Shown here: in pieces, positions 42,701-55,083 of the stretch | How positions within the stretch are numbered: the first letter of the stretch is position 1 | Layout: every line of letters begins with the position of its first letter | Assembly (NCBI GenBank): GCA_964019335.1 | Contig: OZ025686.1 | Location: 1 to 64,000, forward strand | From: Diplonema japonicum | Taxonomy: Eukaryota; Protista; Euglenozoa: Diplonemea | DNA length: 64,000 bases | Direction of reading: 5' to 3' | Made by a program: the position numbers and the translations under genes | Notes under the pieces: model-generated | Told to the model about the DNA's origin: nothing | Database searches by the model: none | What the model saw: the letters and a program-made list of their open reading frames with translations, nothing else

Positions 42701-43616
42701 ACCTGCAGAAGCATTCACTCCCATCATCGCTCCCACAGTTCGCCCCGTTGTTGGTCCATCCGCAGTCGCAGTTCGACGAGGCTCCAGGGCAGGTCGTGGG
42801 AGGGACAGGGGCGGGGCCAGACGGAGGAGGAAGCATCGGGGTGGGGGGAACAGGGGCGCCGTTCCCTGCAGGGTCAGGGAACTGGTCATCGTCCAACCTC
42901 CTCGATCCGCTTGCCGCCACAAGGCTGTCGGGGCACTTCACTCTCGTTGCCTGCGCTCCCGGGTTGTCGGCGTTCTTGAACCACCCGAAGCGGAAGTTGC
43001 ACCCTTCCTGCAGCTCTGAAGGGAGGTTTCCGCACTCAGACAAGGAGTTCACCCCACCGTACCTCTTGCCCCATTGGGCCTCTGTCGTGCTGCTGAACTG
43101 CCCAGGGCCGTTCACAGACTGTCCTGTGCATCCGTTGAAGATACCGAAGCCGCCGCCCGGAATCTGCAGGTCGAAGTGCACGGCACCGAGGTCGTCCCCG
43201 CTGTTCACCACCTGCACCACCATCCGCTTCCCTGCCAACACAGTCGACGACTCGAACGCCAGCTCGTAGCACACAGAGCACTCCAAGTTCGCAGCCGCGT
43301 ACCCGTATGCCACGTCGGCTGTCACTTCAAACGGGAGCTGGTTCGTGCACATGTAGGCGGGGCCGCTGTTCGACCCACCCCCCGCGCAGATGTTCTTCGC
43401 GTCCCCGTCCGCGAGCGGCGCCCCGTCTAGCCCGCAGGAGTGCACAGGAGCGTCCACCCGCATCACCCCACCCTTGTTCGCGTTGGAGTCCCACGCGCAC
43501 GATGGCTTGCAGCAGTCCCAGTACCGCGTCGTCTTCGCAGGCACGGCCCCGACTGCCGCTGTCAGCCCCAGAAGCACCAGCAGGGGCCCTGACATCTTTT
43601 CACCTCCCGCCGTCAT
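39778..43616 (-). CDS. Membrane-anchored multidomain cellulase: signal peptide, GH45, Cys-rich module, GH5, Thr/Pro linker, two CBM1-like modules, TM helix
   Basis: TTRYWDCCKPSC and HFDLQIPGGG (GH45); GMSSHGLHW, YELANEP and FVTEWG (GH5). A 47-nt GT-AG intron at 40883-40929 joins the two ORFs in frame. Two CC...C...WYAQCL modules and TM AAIIGGTLGGLLCMGGLVAAAML. Confidence 0.9.
40965..41645. repeat. 15-nt (xTxAP pentapeptide) coding repeats with a 135-nt higher-order unit
   Basis: gtttgaccag recurs at 41131, 41266 and 41401. Confidence 0.9.
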
Positions 43617-44079
43617 CCAAGTCCCACGGCTTGTCTTGTGTGTAGGTTACAAACTGTGAAGAGAGTACAAAATCTGGCAACAAAAGAATAATAAACCAAT
43701 GGAACAAAAAGAGAGAAGAGAGGAGGGGGAAGAAAGAAGAATCTAAAAAAGCTTCATTAAACCGCGAAACCTCACAGAAGAAGGGGTAGTGGGGGGGAAA
43801 CGGGACCCAAGACATAAACAATATGTTGTTCCCTTTCGGCATCCCCTTTATTCCTTTTTCCTGGACGTTTCTTTGCTTTTGCGGCTGCTGCTTCTTTTCA
43901 ATTTCTTCTTTTTTCTTCCTTTTTGTTTTTTATGAATCTTTCATCAATTGAGAAAGATATGCCCTCCCCCCATTAATAAAGAACGAGAAGAGCAAGCAAG
44001 CATTATTCTTTTGTTTGTTTTGTTTTCGCCCCTTTCAACAGAGGATCAATGCCTTTTTTTCTTTTCTTCGAGATAAGGT

Positions 44080-44739
44080 TTAAGCCTTGTAGACGGAGAA
44101 GACACCCTCCTTCTTTGCGTAGTGGGCCTTCACCACCGGGATGTTTGCGATCTTCTTGGTGTGTGCGGTGATGTTCTTGAAGGGGGCGAGGCAGTCGGTG
44201 GGGTAGCCGTCGAACTGCCCGCTCCTGAAGATGTTGGGCCAGGCGAAGACAGCGGCGTCGGCGAGGGTGAGGTGGTCCCCGACTGCGAACCCGGAGGGGT
44301 TCTTCCCGATCAACTCGTCGATGAAGGTGAGCCACTTGAAGGCGTCGCCGCCCTCCGCCACAGAGGCTGCCCTGAAGGCCTCCCTCTCAGCTCCCTCGGG
44401 GACACCGAAGCTCTTGATGAGGGGACCGAACACCTCTCCAACCATGTCCACCATCTCGTCCACGCGGAGGGCAGCAAGCGGGCACTCCGGGTACAGGGGT
44501 TTCCCCTCGAACGAAGACTTCTTCGCCGCCCACCTCGCCATCGCTACGCTCTGCGACACCTGCACACCGTCCAACTCCATCAGAGGAAGCTGCTTGGGGG
44601 CAACCGTCGGCTTCATCTTCCCCCACGACTCCCCCGTCACGATCTCATCCTCGAAGGGCACTCCCCCGACCATCAGGCAGAACCGGGTCGGCTCCAACCT
44701 CCCCGCAATGTCGAAGTAGGTGAGCTTCACAGACGGCAT
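44080..44739 (-). CDS. Glutathione S-transferase (sigma-like), copy 2
   Basis: Translation identical to copy 1, including the overlapping alternative frames. Confidence 0.93.
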   Translation of the reverse strand: MPSVKLTYFDIAGRLEPTRFCLMVGGVPFEDEIVTGESWGKMKPTVAPKQLPLMELDGVQVSQSVAMARWAAKKSSFEGKPLYPECPLAALRVDEMVDMVGEVFGPLIKSFGVPEGAEREAFRAASVAEGGDAFKWLTFIDELIGKNPSGFAVGDHLTLADAAVFAWPNIFRSGQFDGYPTDCLAPFKNITAHTKKIANIPVVKAHYAKKEGVFSVYKA

Positions 44740-45692
44740 TTTTCTTCTAAAAAGTGTAAAGTGGATCGGGAGGGGCCTTTATTTGTATTATTCTTTTTGC
44801 GTTTCTAATGGCGACGTTTTGTTCCAACACCTGCAAATCGAGCAACCGTCCGAGCAACCGTCTGCTCTCTGCGTGAGGACATTTAATGATTGTTCTTCAG
44901 TTGAAATACTCCCCTCCCGAACTCAGCAAAGACCTCAGCGGAGCTATGCTAGGTGCACAGGTCAGGAGAAAGAAATAAAAACGTAGGGAAGTAGGGTGGT
45001 TTATTTGTGTACTTTTTTCTTCGTAGAAACGCAGGCGCTTGACCTTCATTTCCGTGGCGGGGATGGACAAGTACGGAAAGGGTGACAGCACTTTTTTTTT
45101 TTGGAGGAGAAAAACAAGAAGGTAAGGGAAAAGGTAACACTTATGCCACTGCTTTGTTTCTTTCTTCTTTTTTTCCTCTTCTTTTTCTTTTGCAATCCCA
45201 ACTGAATACTTATTTTACAAATAAAAAAATAAATAAAAGAAATCTTGCGAAATGGGCAATCATGTTTTAGAGGCTGCTAAGCCCCTACCACAGTGCCTGC
45301 TGGGACACACATTGTGATCCCTGCCAACAGGCGTGCAGCTAAAAGGGGCGAGTGTTAATGTACAGAGGAGGGTAAAAAGAAAAAAAGCGGAAATGAAGGA
45401 AAAAGTAGAGAATCGTAGGAGACAGGGAGTCGTTGCGTGGGTGGGGGCGTGCAATTCAGCAAGCAACCGCAACATCCACAAGAGGGAGACGAAAAAAAAA
45501 GAAGGAAAAAAAAAAAAAGCAAGAAACACCAGAGGAATCATGGAGTGTTCTAAAGACAAAAGCCAACTCTAAGCGAAACCTTAGGCAAGAAAAAATGAAC
45601 TCAACATAAAAAGTAAAAAAATAAAAAACATAGATTAGTCATGTCTTCATTGCACAATGTTTCACTTTATCGGACACAAACAAGAAGAGGAT

Positions 45693-47326
45693 TCAAGGCT
45701 TTGCGGGGCCTCTCCTGGAATCGCCGTGGCTGGAGTAGCTCCCACCCTTGTACCCGTTCTGGTCGTACCTGGTGCGGCCACCTAGTAAGGTGCAGAGGTA
45801 GCGGGTCTTCACATACCTTTGCTGCCCTGTTTGCCCCCTTTTGGTCTCTGGAAGTTCCCACCCTTCCCATGGTATCCACGGGGGTCGTTCCCGTATCCCC
45901 CCTTGCCGCCCTTACCTTCGTAGCCATAGTGGCTGTGATGGTTGTGGTAGCCTTTGCCCTTCCCGACATTGTTCCTAGCAGGCCCCAAGTGCTCCTGTGC
46001 AGTGGTTTAATAGTTTTAAAGTCACACCTTTAGCTGCTTGACATCAAAACCCTTTCCTCCTTTACTTCCCTTTCCGCCTCTGTCCTCGTCCTCGACCGCT
46101 TTCATCAACAGCTGCACCACGTTGTCGTCCTTGCTGGTGTCCACGACTCCATTGCATGTCGCCTGGTGCAGCAGGTCCTCCACCTTGGGCTCGTCGGGTG
46201 TCGGTGTGTAAGGAGATGTGGACGCGGGGGGCTGTGCTGCTGCAGTCGGGGGCGTTGTGGAGGGGGGCCCTGCGGGAGATGGCATGGTCATTTTGGGCTT
46301 CTCCCTTTCGACGGGATGTATCACTGCGTCAGAGGGTGAGATGGGGTTTTGGGGGAAGCTCCCGTTCACGGAGGGGTCCGAGAGCCTCCGTGCCTCGGGT
46401 TGGTCGGGACTGCGTGTCACTGTCTTGACATCTCCTGAAGGGTTAAGGAGGGACATAGGAACGCGGGAAGCTGGCTGTTGCTGGGCTGAGTGATGTTGGT
46501 GCTGGTGCTGGTGTTGGTGTTGGTGTAGGTGTTGGTGCTGGTGTTGATGGTGATGTTGCTGGTGGTAGTGGGGGTGGGGACGTGGAGGCTGTGGTTGAGG
46601 TGGTTGTTGGTGTTGCTGTTGGACCTGCTGATGGTGCTGTTGACGTAGGTGCTGGTGTTGGTGTTGGTGCTGGTGATGGTGATGGTGATGGTGTGGTAGA
46701 CGTTGAGGTTGAGGTGGTTGTTGGTGTTGATGTTGATGTTGATGCTGGCCATTGCGCTGCCCTTGTTGAGGCGGATATTGTTGCTGATGGTGATGGTGTT
46801 GGTGCGGGGGCCGCTCGGCATAAGACGAGGGAGGGTATTGCGACGAAGAGGGCAGAGACGCTTGGTGCCGGAGTGGGTGCGGAGGGGCTTGCGGAGGGCC
46901 ACGTGGGCGGTGCTCAGGAGGAGCTTGAGAGTACTGGGAAGGTTGCTGGTAAGCCTGCTGAACAGGCGGAGGGAACGGAGGAGACAACGGTATGGTGGGA
47001 CTGTTGGTGGGGTTGGGAAGTGGCCTGTGAGAAGGGTCACTGCCCACGAGGGGCTTGGGTGACCGCGAAGCATTTGGGTAGTATTGCGGGGTGGCAATGT
47101 TGCTCTGGGGGTACGACGGCGTCACATGGCTAACAGGCGTGCTTTGCTGCGATACGTTATCCACTGGCATCATGGGAGGCGTGGCGGGGGGGTACCCGTA
47201 GTACTCTCGGCTTGCGCCCGAGTCTTCGTACCCACCGCTCTGCTCACTTGTGAAGGAGGTGTCATGCAACATCTGTGCTGTGGTAGCGTCTACGACATTC
47301 CCCACTGGGTCAAAGTAAGTCGTCAT
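45693..47326 (-). CDS. Low-complexity Pro/His/Gln-rich protein with GKG-rich C-terminus, 3 exons
   Basis: The ORF from MTTYFDP continues through two ~33-35-nt GT-AG introns in frame to ...RRGPAKP*. Confidence 0.7.
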
Positions 47327-47771
47327 TGGTAAGACGTCCCCTCCCCTCTGCAAGGTGCTGCGTTGGTGGTGGGAAGGGTAACAAAAAAAGCTATTTGCGA
47401 TGCACGCGCAGAAATCGAAGGGGGTAAATAAAAATATACAAAAGAAGAAGAAGAAAAAACGGAGACGGGTAAGGTTCTGAAGTAAACTCTTACCGCGGTT
47501 AATGTGTTCTCTCTTTTGTTTCCTTTTCCCATCTCTTTTTTTTTTTTTTTTTTTTTTTCTCGGTGGCGCTTCATGTGTGCCACCAATGAAACAAAACAAA
47601 ATACAAAAAAAAAAAAGTAGAGGACAGGCCCCTCGTATGTGGGCAGTGCGACAAGCATGAAGCTGCGCAAAGGGGAAGAGGAGAAACCAGACTAAAATGC
47701 TGTGGGAAAAGAAGAAGAAAAAAAAAATACATTCTATTCTCATGCAGTTAGTGTGTTTATATTATAACAAC

Positions 47772-49421
47772 CTACGCCTCCTTCCTGAGGAACCCGTTGT
47801 ACACAGGGTTGTGTGTCTCGTCGCAGTACGTGTAACCTATCTTACTAACAAAATTGTTGAACTCAGACTCCTTGTTGGGAGGGACCTGTGGAGGGTGAGT
47901 GGTGTGGTCCTATGGCTTTCATACCGGGATCCCAACTAAGACGCGGCCAGTACCTGTCCCATGATTGCGATAGTGGAGGAGAGAGAGGTAGAAGCTTGAC
48001 TGAAGCTTCAGGATGAAAGCTTCAAGCGAGCCAACCTGATATTTGAGAGTTTTGCAATTTTGCAGCTGTGTACATACCGTCTCGGGGAATTCGAACCTTA
48101 TGAGCCTCTCACAAGGGACATGATGCCGGCCTCCGATGAGGTACCTCCCGTGCGACTTGGCCAACTCGTTGTCTGTCACATCGCAAGCAGTCATTCCCGC
48201 TTTGCTGAGTGCATCGACGACCACATGTACATCTGTCTTTCTGTCCGTTACGCTGAAGGCCACCAAGATGTACGCCTTCTCACCCTGGCGCATTCTGTAC
48301 GAAAACTCTGTGATGTAGTGTGGTGCGATGCACTTGTACATCTTCATGAAGCCGCCCTGCTTCTCGGGAATGATAACCGATAGCAGTACTTCCTTGTTCT
48401 CACCCATCTCCGCCCGCTCGGCGACGAAGCGAAGTCTGTTGAAGTTCATGTTCGCACCAGACGTGACGCACACGATGTTCGCGTCCCTCACGTTGTGCTC
48501 TGCGACGTACTTCCGCATCCCCGCGACAGAGAGGGCACCGGCAGGCTCGACGATGCTGCGTGTGTCGACGAAAATGTCCTTGATGGCAGCGCAGATCTCG
48601 TCGTTGGTGACAGTCACGACGCCGTCAGCACCGCACTCCTTTGAGGAGATCAGCTTGAAGGTCTCCTCTCCGACGGTCTTCACGGCAGCACCGTCTGCGA
48701 AAAGCCCCACATGGTCGAGGGTCACCACCTTACCGCACTCTAGTGACGCTTTCATCGAAGCCGCATCGGTAGCCTCCACACCGATCACCTTACAGTTGGG
48801 GAAGACTCGCTTAGTATAGGCTGTGATCCCTGCCAGTAGACCGCCTCCTCCAATGGCTGTAAAGATGTACTGCGGGCGGTTTGAAGACGGCAGTTGCCTG
48901 AAGATCTCGACTGCGATGGTGCCCTGCCCTGCAATGACGTACGGGTCGTCATATGGGTGGATGATGGGCCTTCCGCTAAGCTCGCTCCGTCTTATGCACT
49001 CTGCCTTAGCTTCATCGAACGTTGTACCCTTCAGCACCACCTCAGCTCCTAATCGCTTCACGCTCTCCACTTTGATGTCTGGCGTGCATGTCGGCATGCA
49101 TATTGTTGACTTTGTGCCTAACTTCTTCGCGGCCAATGCTACACCTTGCGCGTGGTTCCCTGCGCTGCATGCAAGAACGCCCTTTTTCTTCTCCTCGTCG
49201 GTTAGGTTTACCATTTTGTTATACGCACCTCTAAGCTTGAACGAAAAAACTTGTTGGTCATCTTCCCTTTTCAAGTACACATTGCACCCGGATTTACTCG
49301 ATATGTTCTTCGTGAGTTCCAAAGGGGTCACCTTCGCCACGTCGTACACAGGCGCCGTCAGAATCATCCTCAGGTAGTTTCTTTCCTCGGGCTCCGCATC
49401 ATCTCTCTTTCTTTTGCTCAT
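47772..49421 (-). CDS. ilvA: Threonine dehydratase (biosynthetic, with ACT-like regulatory domains)
   Basis: KREDDQQVFSFKLRGAYN, SAGNHAQG, GGGGL, EPAGA, SGANMNF and HYRNHG; short introns near the 3' end. Confidence 0.95.
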
Positions 49422-49506
49422 CCCTGTTTTGGTATTCACCGGTTTGAAAAAGGATAGATGCAAGGGAAATTGCTTTGTTAAAAGCTAAGAGATGCTTGTA
49501 AAAGCT

Positions 49507-50409
49507 TCAGTACTGATTGCTCATGAGGAGCTCAAGGATGTAGTCTGGGTCGATGCCTGGGGGGAAGCAGCTGGGGTCTTGTGTAATCATATACTGGATG
49601 AGGGCTTCCTGTAAGGTAAGGCCTTCGCTTTGGTCGTAAAGGTCATCTAGTTCGTCATCCGTGAGGGCAGACTCGACGGAGACGGTCGAGAACTTCCTCT
49701 TCCAGGACTCCTTCCTGCCGAGGGTGGGGCTCTCATCGTCAGTGTCGTCGTTGCACATCGAAGCGCGGTACAACTCCTGCCACCTCCTCAGGCCAACAAC
49801 ATCTCCTTCATCTGTGATGATGCCGCCTTTCTCCCTAGGGGTAGTGGCCCCACTCTCTACGGAGTCTGTCACATACTCGATGTACGACTCCACGAAGTCA
49901 GGGTTGTCGTCCGTCTTCCCTTCCTGGTACTTTGGAGACACAGGCGACATAGGAGGCGCCACGGGTGGCGGTGTTGAAGCCTTCCTATTCCCTTTTATCA
50001 TTCTCTTGACCTGTTCTTTTCTCTTCTCGGCAGCGGGTGGTGCCCTTCTTGCCTGGTTGTACAGCCTACTCTCCCTTTCTCTTATTTCGTCTTCCAGCCT
50101 GTTCAGCCGCTCCTCCCGACAGCGCACTTTATCCTCCCTTGCCCTCACTGCATCCCATTCCACCTTCAGCTGCGCTTTTTCCTCCATCACCACTTGCAGC
50201 ATTCCTTTCCATTCCCCTACCACCTTCTGCTCCGCTCCCTTCATCGCCACAAGCTCCTTTATGATCTCCGCACAGGACAGCTTCTCATGACACTCGCAGG
50301 TTGGGGTGTGCTTATCTGTGATTCCTGCAGACCGGAGGGACCGCTCCCTTTCATTAAGCTCTGCTTCCCACAACGCAAGGGTGCGCTGCGTGAGGTTCTC
50401 GGCTACCAT
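49507..50409 (-). CDS. Hypothetical coiled-coil protein
   Basis: ~300-aa ORF with charged heptads. Confidence 0.6.
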   Translation of the reverse strand: MVAENLTQRTLALWEAELNERERSLRSAGITDKHTPTCECHEKLSCAEIIKELVAMKGAEQKVVGEWKGMLQVVMEEKAQLKVEWDAVRAREDKVRCREERLNRLEDEIRERESRLYNQARRAPPAAEKRKEQVKRMIKGNRKASTPPPVAPPMSPVSPKYQEGKTDDNPDFVESYIEYVTDSVESGATTPREKGGIITDEGDVVGLRRWQELYRASMCNDDTDDESPTLGRKESWKRKFSTVSVESALTDDELDDLYDQSEGLTLQEALIQYMITQDPSCFPPGIDPDYILELLMSNQY

Positions 50410-50496
50410 AATCACTTCGATACTTAAGCTAGAAGGAGGGCAAAAAGCTGAATACAATCTAGGGCACATATAGTAATGGTACATTGACACTAGTGG

Positions 50497-52953
50497 CTAT
50501 ACACGGTGCCTGTAAGGCTGACTTTTAGACCTATTTGAAGGCGTGCCAAACCTCATGGGCATGGAAACGGGGAGGTAGGGTGGTGGAATAGTATCTGCTG
50601 CTGGTTGGCGGGACCTCGCCCTCGAAGCAGGGCGGCCACTAGGCTGAGATACCGATCGAGGGGGCCTAAGGGGATTTGGGAATTGCGCCGAGCACACCTG
50701 TTGACAACTACTTGATGCAGCCACTCATGTCCTTGGAAACCAGAGGCTGCTGGGAAGCTACTTTGAGACCGGCGAACTTTTCTCTGTTTGGAACGTTGCT
50801 GTGCGTGAAGCTACATACTTCTCCCTTGCTCTTGCTCCGTTTGCGTGTTGTCTTTTTCACGTCTTTGTCTTCCGCGCCCCGTAGTGCCCTCAGAAGTGTT
50901 CTCGCACGCCTATTCTCTTCTCTTCTCTGTTGCGCATTAATTAGAATCTAAGGAATACCTTCAACTCGTAGTCTTCCCTCCTCCTTATACTTTCGTAGGT
51001 CGGGTCTGCGCTGCGCGCGACGAGTGCAGCTGCTTGCGATATCACTTCAAATTCCTGCAGCGGTGTCATAGGTAAGTAAGGAACACAACACATACCTCAT
51101 CTGCGGTGATCCTGCAAGGAGCAGCCAGCAGTATGAAGAGTAGTTTTGCGATGCCTGTAACACGCTCATCGGACCTACGGTGTGGTGCCTGCGACACTTT
51201 CAGCATACCCTAGGCGCAAGTGATTCAAGACGTTGGGAAGCCCACAGCAGGGAATAAGTTGCTGCGGTACACCCTGCAGCTTCCCCGCCTCAGCAGGAAG
51301 CGCACCAAACAAATGGTCGCCGATAACTTCCCTACACACGGAGTCTCCTGACATGCACGCGTTAAGTAGTGCGGGTGTCACCCTGTCTGCTTTGGGCTTT
51401 TGGATATCACTTCCTAGACTACTTGTTAAAGCTCTAGGAGGTGAACCTCTGAGCCTACCTCGGCTTGTCAGCTGTGAAGGAACCACCAAGTCGTTGTCGA
51501 TGGGGACCTCTGGCGGGGTCACGTCACAAGAGTACTGCGAGTGGATGATTTGCGGGTGGGGTTGAGGGGGCTGGAGCTGTGGCTGTGGTTGTGCGCGCGG
51601 TTTCCCGCCAACCTTGCCTCCTTTTGTTCTAAGCGATGAGAGGCTCCTTGACCTGCGAGCTGGGGAGACCCGCTGTGGAGACTGTTTGGATGACCGGCTG
51701 GGAGATGACCTCCTCGGCGACAGACGCTGAGGCGAAGATCTTCTGGGGGACAGACGCCTAGGAGACGAGGAAAGCGAGACGCGCTCCCAATTCGATGTGT
51801 TAGTGGTGGCACCAACCTTGTTGTCAGAGATGACGTATGCATCAGACGGTGATCCCGGCGAGGAGGCACGTATAGATCGCGCTGCCCTCCGTGGCGACTC
51901 CTTCCGCACAACGTTGTCGTCAACGACGACAAGGCTGCTATGCAGGCCGTTGGACTGCAGCTGCCTGCTTTGTTTCGTCTTTGGCGGAACCCACGCTGTC
52001 AATGGCGCGGAGGTGGTGTCGCCCCCAACAGCGTTCAGAACCTCCTGCCACTGGTAGGCTGCAGATGCCACTCGTGGGTGAACTGTTGTGGACGCAGCCT
52101 CTAGCTTGAGAATCTCACCCAGGAGGGACGACTCCTGCGAGGGGTTGTACACATAGTCAGAAGCACTCCAATTCCGCACCACACCGTCAGGTGTGAGGCC
52201 TGACGCGATGGCAAGTTCCACATTATGCGCATCACCCCACTTGAGGTACCGCAACAGGCACTCTGACTGTTGGAAGATATCGTTGACCTTAGGGTCATTG
52301 AAGATGATGGAGCCAGGTCTGAGGGCAGACCTCCTGTTGCATGCTACCTCTTCGAACACTTGCTGCTGGTCGGCTTTGGAAAAGTTGTTGCCTTGCAACT
52401 CGAGTAAAGAGCATGTCGTGTTCTCTCGCAAGCCTTCTAAGATGAAGGACAAACCGGAGTCCCTTCCAGAAGTGTGACTCAGGATGCCGCAGTACTTGCA
52501 CTCGATGTGCGTAAGTCCGACAGCCCACTTGAGGATGAGGCCCAGACCCTGCGCAGTGATGGGATTGTACCGCAGGGAGATGGTGCGGAGCTTGCAACTG
52601 ACGGTATTAAGAGCCCGTGTGATGCTTGGCATAGCAGTGATGCCTATGTGGCAGAAGGAAAAGTCTACGCTGCTGATGGAGTTGCGTGTATGGCGCTTCT
52701 TTGCGATGGCCTCAATCACCATTGCTGCTGTCTCGCTGCCCAGCCGGCAGTACGATAGGTCAAGCGCCTTAAGGTACTTGCTCTGCACAAGGAGCTGCAG
52801 GTTCTCCTGGCAGTCCCTCCCCATGACATGCCCACGCAGCGATAGCTTCTCCTTCTTATTCAACCTGGTGCTCAGGGAGTACAGGTCCCGGCTCGACAGC
52901 TGCCTTGGGTACAGCGGGTCACATTCCAACAGGATCGCCCTCTCGCTTTCCAT
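50497..52953 (-). CDS. RNI-like leucine-rich-repeat protein with Ser/Arg-rich region; probable further 3' exons down to 50497
   Basis: LDLSYCRLG, VDFSFCHIG, ISLRYNPIT and LELQGNNF in ORF 51175-53037. Candidate GT-AG introns extend the frame; the exon structure is tentative. Confidence 0.65.
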
Positions 52954-54107
52954 GACACCCCTCCCTCCTTGAGTAAGAGTAGAATTGAGAAGCTGGTTTG
53001 AAAAAGTAAAAAGAAAGTAATAAGAGTAACTGGGCATTTTAAAAAGGGTTAGAGCGCTTTTTCTTTCCTTCTTTTTCTTTCTTCTTTTTTATTCCCTTTT
53101 TTTTTCTCAAAGGGGCAGCAAGACCTTTGGGGGTCTAGGTGCGTAACGACACCTCCCCTTAAGCGAGTCATTTCAGGGAAGTTTGTGTCAGGGTGACGGT
53201 GCTCGGCGGAGAAACAACCCCCTACCCTACCGCGAGGAAACGGGGACCAGGCACGCCATGTCTGAGAGGTGCCGCACAGGTTAGAACCCACTCCAATGTG
53301 TCGTTTGACAACAAACACCCCACCCCTTGTACTTATGGTGCACTTGGAGCGTTGTTCGACTGTCACCTTGCGTTAAAAGAACGATTTTTTTTTTTTTTTT
53401 TTTTTTTTTAATGGACTATAAAAAGAAACGAAACAAAAAAATAAAATAGAACACACAAACACGCATAAAATGAAAGGAGCAGCACAGCACAATCGAAGAC
53501 AATTATGCTAGTATGATTCCCTTTCATGGCTGGTAGGGTCCAAGTGACTTCCTCTGTTTGACAAAAGAACAACTGAGAACATTCTCGCTTGGAGGGAGAG
53601 AGGGAGATATGTCAACTAGAGGCAAAAGAACACAAAATGAAAGAAAGAATATGAATTAAAGGAAGTCTTTGTGAGACGCCCCCTTGTTCTCATCTTCTAA
53701 AGAAAAATAAACTAGACCATTGAAGCAAAGGAAAGAAATGGTGAATAGTGAGAAAGGTGACGCAACCTAGATAGGTTGCCTATGTCATTCCCTCTATTGC
53801 ACACACCCTTTATAGTGCCCTGTGTTCCACGGCCATCCTTCCTCTCCCTAGCAAAAACAAACAGAAACAAAAAAGGTTTTTTTTTTTTTTTCTTTTTTTT
53901 TTTCTTTTTTTTATTTGCTGGGACTAGTAGAAAGGTTCTGTTTAATATCCTTTGTTTCAACTCATGGGAATTTGCACCCAGACCACATAACCCACACCCA
54001 GACCGATTAGCCCCAAATGGGCAAGTATACTACACCAATTTATTTTCTCTTTTTTACCCCCTCTTATGTTTTTTTTTTTCTTTCTTTTTTTTTTCCTTCC
54101 ATTTTCT

Positions 54108-54731
54108 TTATTCGTAGATTTCTGGTTCACAGCGAGGATGTCCCAAGGTGCTGAGGTACACGTCTTCCCCGCTATCCAAGGTCATGGCAAAGGAGTCCAG
54201 TATGGGGTCCTTGAAATCAGTGATATCGGCGACGGTGGAAGAGGTCATGCCTGGTACATTTACGGTAATGACGCGGATGAACTCGCTGCACCCGGATGAC
54301 TTATTTTCATTATCCACAAGCTCGCAGCCCGAGTCGTAGCAACTCACCACACCAGAGTAATCCCATAGGTGTTTCACTGCCCTCTTCGCGTCATCAAGTG
54401 TGACAACCCCACCGAGCGTTCCGTGGATATGGAGCAGCACTGTGTGACTCGTAATGACCATGTCGATGGGTCTTGCGGGGCACAGACTCATCATTTGTAC
54501 TCTTCCAAGAAGCAGTTTTCGCAGCTTCGATTCTTGACCCTCCGGGCACCAAACCACCATATCTTTGAGCCCCATTGACATGTACTTCACTGAGTGCAGG
54601 TTGACATCATAGGTCTCGTACCCGTTCTCGGCAAGCTCGCGCACAGTCAAATTCGCTTTGCATCCCAAAAGGACCGCCCACATGCGCTGGGATAGTGTAA
54701 CAGTCTCAACGTCGTTGGTAGCGCGCGTCAT
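54108..54731 (-). CDS. Hypothetical protein
   Basis: ~207-aa globular-looking ORF after a pyrimidine tract. Confidence 0.5.
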   Translation of the reverse strand: MTRATNDVETVTLSQRMWAVLLGCKANLTVRELAENGYETYDVNLHSVKYMSMGLKDMVVWCPEGQESKLRKLLLGRVQMMSLCPARPIDMVITSHTVLLHIHGTLGGVVTLDDAKRAVKHLWDYSGVVSCYDSGCELVDNENKSSGCSEFIRVITVNVPGMTSSTVADITDFKDPILDSFAMTLDSGEDVYLSTLGHPRCEPEIYE

Positions 54732-55083
54732 TTGTTCGAAGGAAAAAAAAAAAAGTGTATGAAGGGGGAATACTGTAACGGTGAAAAAAATGTCATGGTT
54801 TTCGTCAGTCCGGCTGACGACCCTTGGCAACATTTCCCCAAAGAGGAGATGAGCGCTGTTCACACCGAAAAATGAAGGCCAAAAAAGAAGAACCCGCTTA
54901 TGCAAAAGGGGAGAGGTTATACCAGCAGCAGATATCTAAATCCCAGTACCCTACCCTTGGACCTGTCGCAGAAAAAAGAAAAAAAAAAAAGAGGTTCACA
55001 AGGGGTGGTGCAAAAATGTTGTATAAATTTGAGGTGTCGATTCTTTTTTTTTTTCCCCTCTGTTGCCCTGTCGAATAAATGTT

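Noticed and set aside
51207-51275. Non-canonical intron bounded by AGGGT direct repeats
   Set aside because: A canonical 61-nt GT-AG intron gives the same frame change.
52960-54100. Short Phe/Lys-rich ORFs and possible ncRNAs in homopolymer-rich spacers
   Set aside because: They are translations of A/T runs; no tRNA or snoRNA structure could be supported.
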